Of a stretch of DNA of 64,000 nucleotides, positions 49,092-62,529 are shown one piece after another. The notes under the pieces were generated by a model. The model worked only from the letters and a program-made list of their open reading frames with translations. It made no database searches and had not been told where the DNA came from. The number at the start of each line of letters is the position of its first letter. The first letter of the stretch is position 1. The stretch is taken from positions 744,001 to 808,000 of the forward strand of contig NW_026250404.1 of the NCBI RefSeq assembly GCF_024521635.1, written 5' to 3'. A program made the translations under genes and the position numbers. The stretch comes from Tricharina praecox (Eukaryota).

Positions 49092-52000
49092 CCCTATGCG
49101 TTAATAATGGTAGAGAGAGAGTGAGGTTTTCAGTTTATTTCACATGCAGCCTGTCGACTATGGCGAACAAAGTCGAGTGACGTTTAATACTTCGCTTGCA
49201 TGAGTGATAGTACATGAATAAGATAGTCCAGCCGGCAGAAGTTTCACTCCTCTCACTGCGAGGGCATGTAGGCATATAGTTACAGCGTGCTAGGGGATCA
49301 ATGGGCGGCTGTATCTCTTGCGCCGATAGCGAGAACAACGGAATCGAAACTGGTACATACCTTATAGAAAGGGAACACAGTAGTGGACTCGGCGGACACT
49401 GACAAGGAACACTTTCGGGCCGAAATCGGAAATCATAACCAGTCCAGCCGGTTTAGGGATGCGTTCTAGGCTCTAGGATGGTTACATGAGTTGAAACGTC
49501 GATCACAACGCTAAGCACGGGGAGGGGGTATGAGACCGCGGAGAATCAAGCTATCGAATCTCTAATCGCATGCCCCGACCCCCTAGGAGGCAAGCGGGCG
49601 GGGGTTGTCAGATCTCTTTCGCTAGACTAGGGGGACTGTGCGCGCACACCAGTCGGAGATCATACAGCGGAAGGTAACCTCGCCAAGCGCAGTTGTTCGA
49701 ACTTCGAACGGGCATGGCCGATTGGGAGGTCCGTTGCGAGATTCGAACGGACTAACTCTAGACGCTGTGGGGAGAACCTTGCGTGTATGCACATACATAC
49801 TGTGACTTACATGGTCTGCCGTTAGCAAGGAAGGAACATGAAACGAAGAAGAAAAAAAACGATACCGGTATCATACATACGAAGACAAAAAAACTCTCCA
49901 TACAACAAATATTGCGGTCGGACGCACCTCAACACTCTCTTAGTAGCATCTTCCCCCTTAATTCAAGCATCTCAGTGGTGTCCTTTCGTCTCCGGACCGC
50001 TCGATCTAGCCGCGTCTGTAATTGGGGACGGCGAACTCGCCACGAAATTTAAGGAGCGGCTGGTATGCAAGACGGAACATGTTCTGCGAGGCTGCTCGAA
50101 CGCGTTGCGCAGCATAGAAGCCTGGACCCATGGGGCCCTTTCCTTTTCTTCCCACACCCCGTCAGCAGCAGCCTGCAGACAGACTCGACGAAGGCGTACA
50201 TACGGTAGGGTATTCTGTGCCGTGCCACTGTGCCAGGGCCCAGCAGATTCACCGCCATCTCGTTGCATCGCGGAGGCGATTCCCCGGGGGGAGGGGGAGG
50301 AGAACACAACTGAATGTCTGCGGCGGGATACTCATCGCGCCACGTGGGAATGTAACCTGCCCCCCTTCTCGCGTCAGCTCTGCAGTCTGCGGGAAGCTTT
50401 GCATATGTAGAATGTAACTATTGGGTCTGAAGTACCGTACATGTACTACATCCCATATGTTACAAACTTGCATACATCAGGTACATACCAAAAATCCAAG
50501 GTACGTATAGGTCTCAAAGAGGTGGATATACATAGAAATCATTCCATCCCCCCATCCCCCACTAACCATTCCCCTCCTGATTTGGCGTAGTCGCAGGTTT
50601 CAACGGTCAGCGCACTGGCCACATACCCTACTTCTAGTTTATTAGCATTTATTCCCGTACCCTGCCCAGTTCCCACGTGGCGGCCCCAACCGCGTTTAAG
50701 TTCTTTCTGGTTAAAGGGAAAAAGCGGAAGCGGGGGAGAGGCGCATGGCAGGGCATGGAATGGCGTGCACTCGCTTCCCATCCACTTGGCGAATCCTACG
50801 CGAGGGCAACTATGGATGGATGGAACCTAGAGACTAGACTCTAGAGTATGTACCTCGACAGACCCCCGATGACGAAGGATAATGAGAGATGAGATGTCGA
50901 TATTGTTTCCCGGAGAACCCGTAATTCGAGCCGGCGGCGTGCGTGTGCGCACGAGGTCATGATCCCGCTTCGGGACTTGGGCCTTCGGCGTGGATTGTTT
51001 CCCGAGACGGCGCGGACGCGTCGAGCGCATTGTTTCGCTCTGACAGTGGACGGCGGATGTTCGTCAACAGTTAGGTGGGTTGACTTGTATGTACATACTT
51101 ACGCAGCGTCAATCAAAAATAGCTTTGAGCGGAGGATTCACGCGCCGTTGCCTAACGATCGTCGTCGGCTCGAAGGAGGAGGAAAAAAAACCAAAGATCA
51201 AAATAGGAACGGTGAAGAATTAGAATATGTATGGAGAGGAGAAAATCCCCGAAATAACAAAACAAAATAAACCCCCAACCCCTATAGCAGTAAAAGCAAA
51301 AGCAAACCCCGCCGAACGATGCAATCCCAGCTCCCGAATAGCACCCCCATCTTCCGCGATTTTCCGTATGCACCCGATCCAGACCTACATACATGCACGC
51401 AAAAAAAGGAAAGAAAACGGAGATAGAAGCGTCGGGTAAAAGAACGAAAAGAAAACAGAAGAAAACAAAAGTGGTAGAGATCCAAAGGATTGAGCATCAC
51501 GAGCGCTCGCTATCATCCTCCTCCTCCTCCTTTGCAGCCGAGGAGCAGCCCCTCCTCGCAAGTACCACCGCCGGGTCTTCGTTCTCACTCTGGCCCACGT
51601 ATCGCCGCAGCGGATCGATGGGTGACTGGTTCCCTGTGGCGGCACGACCTCGGATAGCAGCGGGCCGCGGCGTCGAGACCGCCCGGTCCAGTGCCGCAAC
51701 ATATGCTTGGAGATAGCGGAGACGCTGCGCGGTTTTCGGGCTTCTTGGTGGCTCGGAGGCTGCGGCTGGCATGCTGGGTGTCGGAGCGGTATGTACGCTG
51801 TGGTGGTGGTGAAGGGTACTGAAGCGTGTATATCGTCGGTGCCCGAGAGGAGGCTACCTATGTAGGTATCATCGTGAGCGACGGAACTCGGTCGACGGTA
51901 CGTAAAACAGCAACACACCTACATACCTGGAACAGATTTTCTCGGCAAGTCGAAGTTCGAACGATGTGGTGTCGACGTTGGCTGGTTCCCGTGCGATGGA

Positions 52001-55000
52001 ACTCGACGAGCGGGCGGGCGGGCAGCGACAGCTTGGTAGGTAGGTCGGGCTCTGATCGTTGGTATGCGGATTCGCGGAGACTAGACTGGACTGGATCAAC
52101 TGGACGGGGCGAGACGGAAGACAGACAGACAGACAGTGTTTTATAAACGCCGCTCGCTCGTAGACATGGCTGCACGAGACGCTATGTATGTAGGTATGTA
52201 GTAGATGAATATCCCGTTCACGCATCGTATTTCGTCGGACTGTTGGCTGGCTGGCTGGCTGGCTAGCTGGCTGTAAGTACTCCAAATATGTACATAACAT
52301 ACGTAGGATCTTCCAATTTCCGATTTCGGGTGAGGCTCGCGCGGTAGCTTCTTACGTATGGAGAGCATCTGAAAAAAAAGGAAAGAAAAAACGCAAACGC
52401 CACTTCCAGAGACAGGCGAGTGCAAGGCTGCGTCAGCTCGGCAGAACACCTGCGAATAGCGATTGGATTGGCCAGAGGCGAGTGCTCGATAGCGTTCCGG
52501 GATATGCACATCTGAAACGTTGGAGCCTACTCTAGTGGAGGAGTGGTGGTGGTGATAGTAATGGTAGTGGTAGCAGTAGTGGTCGCGGTAGTGGCGGTGG
52601 CTGGTGGTGGAGAAAACTGTTTCCGGAAAGAAAAAACAAACGTGTCTGAACCAACGGGAAACTCTTACCATACATCTAGGCATGTAGAGTAAAGCACTTT
52701 GCGTCTAGTCCGATCTAGTCTCGCTTCTGAATCTAATGACATCCAACTATACATACGGCATACCACCGAGCAGACTACAGGTGAGTGTCCTTGTCCCGGC
52801 TATATGAGGCAAGTTGTTTCGCCCATCGGCTGGCCAGAGTCCGCTCTAGGTGGACTATGTGCAGATGCGGGTTCACTTCGCAAAAGCATACGCCTCGGTG
52901 GTGGCTGCTGGTCGCATCGATCAGTGGAATAATTATAGGCAAGCTGGAGTAAATGAAGGATCCAATTTAAACCGTTCAGGCCTGTTACATACGTTTTCGG
53001 CGGGAGAAACGGATGTGGTTAGTAGTGGACTTCTTCTTCGTTTTCGTCTTCTTTTTCTTCTTCCACAACGCATACCTACCGAAGACAGCCCTGCGCGTGC
53101 GCGCACCTGTGACTCTTCCTTTCCCGGGGAGGGGGGACGATGGGAAAAATCGCACCAGAGATCTGACTGATAATCGATTCAAGCAACAAACGCGAGTACG
53201 CTGTAGGAGCGCATGTAGGGTGGGGTGGGACGGCAGGTGAAGCCTGGACTCTGGAAGTTATGGTATGTTATCACTGGCCACTGCAGATGTGGTGTGGCCG
53301 ATGTGTGTGTGGCTGAGTCTGTGGCTGGCAATTTTTAGCATGTCCCGGCATCGGACAGTCCGAGTTCGCAAGTCCTATCTTAGGGCATCACATACTATCT
53401 TCACCAGTCTGATCTACACGTACTTGCTGGGTAACCAAACTGATAGTGCTTATTCTACCGGACGGCAAACTTGAACGCAACAATGTAGGCCCACAGGTTG
53501 ACCGTTGACGCCGGATAAATCTGGGAACATTCAAAATTCTTGAACTTCGGTTGCTGACAGACAGAAAAGGAACTGTATTAACTACGCCGCGTGCGCACTT
53601 CCGTACTCTACCGTACAGTGGAAAGAGAACGGGGAGTGAGTCACTGGAGTCTGGAGGTGCTCTGTAGAAGAAAAATGAGATTGTCGGAGGGAGGAAGGGA
53701 GTGAGCTCAAGTTCCTTCCTTTTTTTTCTGCATTCTTACGCGTTCGTCTTTTTTGGTTTAGAGGAGAAGATGACGGGCTCCACAGCGTCGTACATACTGT
53801 ACATAACTCCATACATAGAAGATGGGTGGGGGTCACGACTCACGACTAATTACTTATGTAAGATGTAGCTGCCTGAGTGGCCGAAAGCGGCCGGAAAAAA
53901 AGACGATACCAAAGGAGACGAAAGAAAGGGAGAGAGAAAACGGCTATATATATGGGGGAGGGGGATCACGAATCGAAATCGGGGTTTCGTCCTGTTCCTA
54001 ATCCTCCGTACACGGTACACCTTCGACTCTTCCCCAGAAGCACCTACCGGAGTATCGTTTGACCTTGTTGGTAATGCATACGTACGTTTGTTCGCGAGCC
54101 TCGGCCGTGTTTGCGAACCCGCGACTGGCATTGCATATCATGTATGTGGATATAGTAGGGGCAGTGCTGAGTTCTATGGGCGTGGTGCGAACCGTCCTGT
54201 AGTATAGCACAGTCGCGCATAGCCGATATGCGCTGTGTGCGCGGTCACCGGAGAACTTGATGAGAACATGATCGACCTTAGGAAACACTCGGACACACGA
54301 CTCGACTGGGATAAGGCCGAGGCCTGAGTAATCATAGGATCGCACTCGGCTCCACCGTCATTCCAAAACATCGACGGTATGTTTTGCGGAATCCCGACTC
54401 GAGGGCGCGGGGGCAAGTACGAGGGCGCGGGAACAAGTGCGAATAGTGAAGAGACATACTTTCGCGAAAGGCCAGGGCGGAGGGCAGGGAAAGCCACATC
54501 GGGCCGCCTGACGAAAGTTGGGTTGGACAGTGGCGTGGAAACGGGGGGCACGTGTAGATGACATTGCCATGATCTAGATAGGTCGCATGCAATCAATGGC
54601 TGAACAGAAAAAAGTTTTGAGGAATCCGATTCGCTTTCCCATCCATCCACCAGACGGCACTCTGTGTTGCTTCCTTACTTAGCATCCGGGCACCTAGGCA
54701 TCGCGAGTACATATGGAGGATTTAACGTTTCGCTTCAACGTTCCGCCGGCTTACTGTGGAGTGCAGTGTGCTGAATGATAGTCGCCTTAATGAAGGCCAT
54801 CGATTTCCACGATATTACTAAGTTCGCCTCGCAGACTGGAGTGTTCAACTATTCGCGGGCGGGTGGGCGTGCAAACCAACAAGCAAGCATGGATGATGGA
54901 TCCTTCGACCGCTAGTTAGCTGGCTCCATCTTGCTACGTCACAAGGTGCTCGATTCGAAAATTTCTCACTCGATTTCTCTTGACAACTTCAATGATGACA

Positions 55001-55900
55001 CCGTGCATACTTCCTTTGTAGTGAATTGGATGTACAACACACAATGAAAGATTCGCCCGAATTGCGAACCAACCAAACTCCTGTTCTCAATTCGCCCCCT
55101 CGCCCCTAAGGGTAGCTAGAGCACATGCAAGCGATAGCGCACCTGATACCTGATTGAGCACAGTGCACAGTGCACACTTGCACAGTTGCACGCTGAGTCA
55201 CCGCTGCTCGGGTTCCTTCCAGCCAGACTAGTGGTGCACGTTTTCGGCATCGGGCCGGAGCCTTGTGGGACAGGCAGTAGGATGAAGGATGGTCTGAGCA
55301 CCGCGGCGTCGTCAGCGTCCACCGAACCGAACCGTCTCGGGGATCGGGATGCTGGTACCCTACCCAGCCGGACTCGGCATGGCTGAGCTTTTTCGGAGCC
55401 TGGTTGTGCATTTGCACAACTTTTGGTTCGGGGGTATTTACTTCGGGAAGATCGATGTCTGGAAAAATATTCTCCGTGTCCGCTACCCACTCCTGTGCCG
55501 ACCGACCACTGCTTCCGTCCTGCTACTATTCATACACTCCTCGGGCTTCATAGCATTCAGCCCGGCTTAAGACTGCTGTTTGCTCGTATTTTTATCCAAT
55601 ATATCCGCGTCCGTGGTTGTCACCGTGCAACGTTTACCTCTCGGACTCGGTCTTCGACTATCAACCCTAACCCCACGGGTCGGGCCCTCGCAGCTCCCTC
55701 TCTCCCGTGCGTTCTCAGCGCTGCATTATCACGCTCGGTCGTAGCCTACCGTGGTCTATTACCGCACGGGTAAGCCCACGGAGCATCTCAGATGCGGGTT
55801 GAACGCAATGCTGAATCCTGAAGCAGCCACAGTTTTCGGCGGCCCCTCCCAATTCTCACTCGCCCTCGCTCCCTCCAGCCAGCCCTTAGCGCCGTGAGCC

Positions 55901-57175
55901 ATGGCATCCACGGGACCACCCCCGTCGCCGCCGCCAGGCTGGACCATCCTGCCGGACAATGAGTGGCTGACGCGCACGGCTGCGGTCCTGCTCGGCTACA
56001 TCCAGCCGTCGAGCCCGCTGCTTCCCGGGGAGCTGACCAAGATCGCGACGCAGTACCTCAACAGCCGGAACAGCAACAAGCTGCAGGGCTACGAGATCGA
56101 GTACCTGGAGGGGTACATCCGGAAGCAGCTGCCGGCGCTGGACCTGTCGGCGTACCACCGCGTCGGCGGCGGAGCCGGAGCCGGAGCCGAAGAGACCCAT
56201 ACCCATACCCATACCGACGCCATGCGCAGCGTCCTGGACTACTACGGCGGCGTCGTGGACCACGGTAATTCTGAGGCAAGTGCGCTCAACGCCCCAGCCC
56301 TGTGTTTTCAGGGCACCAAGGATCTAGGGATTTTCCTGCGTGAGAATGATGCGATGGATGATACCGACTACGATGACAACGACGACGGGTCGTCGGCGCA
56401 GACCGTATATAGCGAGGTGGGTACCGAGTGACCGTGGGGGAAAAAAGATACCCATCTGGCGCCAAGTGAGCCGGCTGCCGGCTGGCTGGTGGGGGAGGGG
56501 ATTCGGACCTTTACTTGGCGGGATGGATCCCGGGTAAAGGGATCACCGTTTCTCGTCAATGATACATTATGTACCTACATATGTGCCTATCGGCACATGA
56601 TGGCAGAAACTAGTACGCTAACCATGGTCCTCCACCAGATTACGAGCCAGTATGAGCTCGCCACGGTAGCAACCAGCGTCAGCGGTGCCAGCGCGTCGCC
56701 GGCCTGCAAGCGGTTCGGCTGCGGCTACTGCGGGAAGGAATTCAGCAAGCGATTCGAATTGAACCGGCACTGGATCGGACTCGCCAAGTCCTGCACCGAG
56801 CGGCTCGTCGAATTCCCTCCGTCATTGTCGCAGTGCAGCCGCTGCGGCAAGAAGACGTCACAATCCGGAACCGGCATCGACAGTATCGCCGAGCACGACG
56901 GTAATTTCGGCACTCAGGTCCGAACCGATTCCCTTCCGAAGGGGTGGAGACGCGGCTACCCAAAGCTATCGGAGCAGGAAGAGGAGGACGATTTCTTTGA
57001 ACCGACCGAGGCGGGCTATCCTTCGGCCCGGCCCACGATGTTTGCCGGCCGGTTCAGAGAGTCGGAATCGGCGGAGTGGATGCCTAAGCACGTGCAGTTC
57101 AAGCACAACCCGAACGACCGAAAGCCTGCTCGGAAGGCGGGGTGTGGTAGCGGCATCGGGGATGCATGCGCCTGA
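55901..57175 (+). CDS. Zinc-finger protein ZF6 (C2HC-like finger, N-terminal helical domain)
   Basis: GCCATGG start. Exons 55901-56416 and 56639-57175 (phase-0 intron GTGGGT..GCTAAC..CAG). Finger FGCGYCGKEFSKRFELNRHWIGLAKSC, followed by a second CxxC (QCSRCGKK). Confidence 0.75.
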
Positions 57176-60100
57176 AGCGCGCCGTGAGTGATCCTTGATG
57201 ATGCAGAAACTGCGTACCCGATCGATACGTTACCGGCTAACGGAGGTCACCCAGAAGCACCAGACGCGTGCGACGACAAGCGGATTTGACGCCGAAGCAT
57301 GCAGCGTAAGCTCGAGCGGGGTGAACGTTGGGATGATTAAGATCCTGCGTTGGACTTGCTCTTGCTTGCTTGTGGAGAGCCCCTGTGTCTTTGAGTACCG
57401 ATTCGATCTGCCGAAGTTCTTTCGTGTCGCTTTGTTTGCTGTTGATTATTTTTATGTACATGACGAAACATGATTATTTTCGCGCATGAATGGAGAGTCC
57501 GCCACGAAAGGGACGGAAACGCATATCGTATGTGAGACCACGCAACGTAAATCCTGTCAACCGGCGACGAACGCAGGCGGAACTCCAATGAAGTGAGGGG
57601 GTGGGGAGTAGGTGGTACCGTAGTAGCTACCTAGGTTTCGGACGATTGCTGAACACTTCTCTTCTGCGAGTGGATGCAAAGCAAGCAAAGACGAACAGCT
57701 CTAGATATGGGTACCTGGGTTTTGCCCCATGATCGTGGCTCCGCTTCACCGGAAGGATCGCCATGGGACTGTTATTGGACGCGCGCGGATCGGTACCCCG
57801 AATCTGTACATCAACACAGTCTGAGCATGGGGAATCATCTTATTTAGCCATCCATCCATCCATCCATCCATCCATCCATCAAGTGGGGCGGTTGCAGACG
57901 TGCGGAATGGGCGATGGCTACTTACGTACGTAAGAGCCATCGCGGCGTAGGCATTGCTCCACGTCAACCCGCTGCATACCAGTAATCCCCAGTCCCGGCA
58001 GGTTTCTAGGAGTACAGAGAAGCGGCGTTCACAGTACTTGGAGGGGGGGCTTCTGGAACACCGATGCTAGCTCGATAATAGACTTGTGGTAGTGGTAGAC
58101 TAGTAGCAGATCCATTTGCCGGCCGTCACGGTGAACCATGCCGGTCGGTGTGTACGACATGTACGTACTGTAGGTCGCGGAAACCGGTGCACACGGAGAA
58201 AAAACATGTTCCCACGCAACGAAACGTGACGAGTTCTGTGCAACTTGATGCGCAAGAGCAGATGGGGCTCGAATGACCACCGATCTCGCCGAGCGGAGCG
58301 GACGCAACGGACGATTTTAATTTCATTGTTGGGTACCCGCCGCACGGTAGTAGTCGCTCGAGGGTATCGAAAAATCTAACGGACGTTCCTGATTGAACAG
58401 CGGATAATCGATGTCTCACATGCTAACGCGCCGATTAGCTTTCTACGAGGAAACAAGCAAGTGGACGCGCGCCGGATGGAGGGGGAAGGGGAGGGGGGAC
58501 TCGGGCCCGCCGCGACAAACGATATCGATAGCCACGATCGGGGATCGCATTGAAGCTCCTCCTCTACGTCCTCAGCATGTCCGCGGGGTACATACTAGCA
58601 TGTACCGTGGTATGTACAGAGTTACCTACACGACCCATGGAAGATCGCAGCCGTGAAACTCACCGGAAACTTTCCGGCCGCGTAAGCGATAATGTCCGTA
58701 GGTCGTAGGCGTGATTTGAACCAAGTTTCCGAACAGCCGACAGGGACTTTCCATGGCACGGCTATGGGCATTGTGAGCACTGTCGTGAGCTATTTTGAGG
58801 AGGGGGAGGAGGAGGAGGAGCAGGATGCGCCGACTACCATCGTCTCTTACAAGTTACGGGGGTTGTCCCTCCCTCTCTCTAGTCGCCCGCAAGGTTTCTC
58901 ATGTGCCGAAGTCGAGCCAATAACTGCAATCTGCCGATTATTCCTCGCATCTGGCCGAGTGCCTGCGATAGGTGGTGGCAGTGGTGGTGACGGTGGTGGT
59001 GGCAGTGGTGGTGGTGGTGGTTCACAGAGTCGTTCCAGTTACATACCCCCGTCCTTCGTCCCCTCTCGACGCAGGTGTGTCTCCACCGCAGCTCTCGGAC
59101 CAATTGGCAGTGTGCTTCGTTCGAGTCCGCATCCCGGGCATCCCACAAGGAGCCAGCCCTAGATAGATGAATGAGTCAGGCCAACCGGTTAACCATGCAC
59201 CAGCCAGTCCTGCCCACTATCGCAGATTATAGAGTATGTAGAGTAGAGTAGAGTGAATAGCAGTCAGTTAGCGTTTGCGGTGGTGGTGGTGGTCTCTCCA
59301 TTATTATCGAGCACTCCACGAACATGATCGATCTGGGGCTCCGCCCCCCTCACTACTCTATGTATTGTACTTGGGTGGCTGTCGACTGTAGACTGTACAT
59401 ACATCATACATCATACATATACCACATAGTGTCTAAAAGAGCCTCAGTTGGTCTGCGTCTGCGTCTGCAGGGAAGGGAGTGGATTGAGAGCCGCCGAGGC
59501 TCTGCGGGTGCTCGCATGCATCGGGGAAGAGTTGCCAAAGCGGAAGGAGGTCGGGACAGTCCGCATGCCGCACCATGGTTAATTAGAGCCGCAAAAAGTT
59601 TGACTGCATCGCTCGCAGCTCGCATTCCAGGATCGTTCATTCGCATTGAACGAGGGCCGAGACATCCCCCGCCCCCGCCCATCCACGGCCAGCGCCGGTC
59701 TGTCCCACCAATCTGCCCGGACCGTCGCTAAAAAACTTGGACTTCCCGATTTCGGGCCCCGCTCACCCCACTCCGACACACCGGCTATTCGATCGCGAAT
59801 CGACTGGAGTGGTTAAAACTCACATACCTACGTGTGGCCCCCATCGCGGCATGGCGGGCCACAGCAGGCAGGCAGAAAGAACCCCAAACCCTGGAAACTG
59901 CGTGTTGGTTAGCTTCACACTACACATATGTGAGGTCTAGATACTTGCGTGGGGGGACGGACAGGTAAGTCTGTACTTGCTTAGGTAGGTCTCGTACTCT
60001 ATCGTGGCAGGGGGCTTCCGAGCCGGCCATGCAAATCATATTGCGAAGGAAGGAACATTCCAATCTGCAATGCGCTGCTGAGCCGCAACTTAACTGGTCG

Positions 60101-61174
60101 GCCCACCCCATATTTAGCCGTGGGACTAGTATGGAGGGAGGTAGTAGCAGTCGGAGTGGATGCCACTGATACATACACACGGTAGTAAGCACTGTGGAAC
60201 GGCCGGTGTCGGTGGAGGTGACAGTTCGTGGCCATGGAGTTGCGTGGTGTAGCACGGAGCTCCACAAATTTGCCCCAACTTCCTGGGAAATGTTGATAAA
60301 TTTACTCTCTTTTTGTGGCTATGCCCCATGTTCTCCCCTCGGCGACTTTCTCGTAGACATAAAGACATAGCCCTTCCTTCATGGGCCCGTGAGCTGGCCA
60401 TCCCCGGAGACAGCGCCCGAGGCGTCCGTGATGACGGCTCCAGGGATCGGCTTGCTGGTTCGCCCGGGTGTGGTTTGCTCTGCACGAGACACCCCCCCTC
60501 CCCATCCCCCCAATGCACTCAGAAGCTGGAGCTGACTGATGCTAGATCGCCGTGGCTCGACGCATTGACTGTCGTCGAATCCGAATGGCTGTGGTCCGGA
60601 GGGGGAGGGGATTTCGCTGATATCAGAGCGGTGGCTGGGCGGGTCGCTCTTCTACTTTCCACAAATGACGGCCACTCTGTGAGCTGCTCCCGCAACATAA
60701 GTCAGTATAGTACGGTAGGTAGCGGACGACGTATCGGAACTCTCATTCAGTGGCCAGTTGTGGGCTAGTTAGCTGACATAGCCGTGATGGTTTTAAGCCG
60801 CCCACCACGCTATGCATGAATGCAGGTCGGTATCCTAGATTGAACCGCTAACCCCAAGAAAGTGCTTGTTGTACGTGAAGCAAGCCGCAGGCTCCATGAG
60901 AAATTCTCGGCGGCGCAGAGCTGCGGGTGAGCCTCACGGCAGGGGAAGGGGAAGGCAAGAGAGGGTGGGGAGAAAGGGCGCCATACTAGCCCCATCACGC
61001 TGCCGATAATCATTTGTCCACACTGAGACCCCTCCATGGCCGAAGTCCTAGAAAAGCAACGCGGAATCCCTTGGAGGCTGAGAAGAGGCTCTTCGTTTCA
61101 GGGCACCAATTCGACTTTCTCTACCGGCAAAAATAAAAACTGTTTATATCTGCTTCTCTGCCCTCTTGTTGACC

Positions 61175-62529
61175 ATGGATTCGTCCTTCCGTTCCAGCAT
61201 CCACCTTCACCAGACTTCCGCCGCCGACGCTTTGGAACATGCGCTTGACCGAACAGCCGCAGAGTACCAGTTGCATACACTGAACCTGCCGTCCTCGCCG
61301 CAATCCTTGGACATGCACGAGTCTAGACACCAGGCCCGAAGCTTTCAACTGTCCCATCCCTCCGTCCTCACGCCGCTGCACAGCTCGTTCGGATCTCGAA
61401 GCCCGTCCCCCTCGGCCTGGCAGCTCTGCTCGCACAACACTCCCGTCCGGCCATCTTCGCCAATCTCTCTGGACGGCCTGGAACCGTCTTCCTGCGATTA
61501 CCAGCGGCACGCCGAGTACCAGCGATATACATCGCCGCTATTGTCGGACGACTTCTCTACTTCCGAAGACCAGCTATACCCCGCGCTCATGGCTTCCAAC
61601 GGTCTAGGGACGCCGCCGGGCTCGATAAACGGGAGCACTACGGAATTGGATCGCCAGCCCCAACTCTACATGCAACACTCTACTCCCATGCCTGGCGACT
61701 ACCTGACGCCGGTGGCCCACGGCCATCCCTACGGAGACCCGACCTACGGCCGTGAAGCTCCCAGGGAGATCCATCACTCCAGAAGCGGTATGTTGACACC
61801 CCCCCACCTACGCAAGCCTGCAGGTTGCCGGTGATGCATGTGACTAACATCGGACAGGTCATTCGTCCTCCGCCCCATACGTATATTCGTCCTACGGGAT
61901 GGATCCGCGGTCGCCGCAGCCCTATCAGCCCAACGATCTGCCTCCGCTGCCTTGGTCCACGACCGTTCCAAGGAATCTCCCGCCGCCACCCGCGGTAGTT
62001 GGGCAGTACGTCGGGCAATCGCAGCAGTGGGGCGAACGAAGTCCCATCTCATACCATGACGACTTGCAGGAGAGCAGTTACCGGTGCGCCAGTGCGCGCT
62101 GCCGGTTTACGGCGAGCTCCCCGGAGCAATTGACGTGAGTAATCCACGCACCCTGGTGCATACGTACATACATTGTGTCTGACATCGCTGTTCAGTAAAC
62201 ACCAGCAAAAGCACCTAAAGATCCACCACTGCCGGTTCGCGTCCTGCTCTCGAACCGAAGGCTTCGCGACGCCCAACGACCGCGAGCGCCACGAAAAGTC
62301 CATCCACAAGATCCCCGGCTGCTACTGGAAGTGCCTCGACAACCACTGCAGCAGCTACGGCAAAGAGTTTAGCCGCCGCGATAATCTGAAGGATCACCTG
62401 CGCCGCATGCACCCCGTCCCTGAGGGCATGAGCGAGAATGAGGCCAGCGCCCTGCGCAGCAGGATGGCGGACATGTGGCGGTTTGACAAGGGAAGCGATG
62501 CGCAGGTCATGGCGGTGGAGAGAAGATAG
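61175..62529 (+). CDS. C2H2 zinc-finger transcription factor ZF7 (three C-terminal fingers)
   Basis: ACCATGG start. Exons 61175-61787, 61858-62134 and 62196-62529 with canonical introns. Spliced: YRCASARCRFTASSPEQLTKHQQKH-LKIHHCRFASCSRTEGFATPNDRERHEKSIH-KIPGCYWKCLDNHCSSYGKEFSRRDNLKDHLRRMH. Confidence 0.9.

Noticed and set aside
56265..56311. Possible extra 47-nt intron in ZF6
   Set aside because: Splicing it shifts the frame to an early TGA, whereas the unspliced frame is open.
58692..59162. 156-aa ORF with Glu and Gly runs
   Set aside because: Driven by GAG/GGT microsatellites; no domain or splice support.
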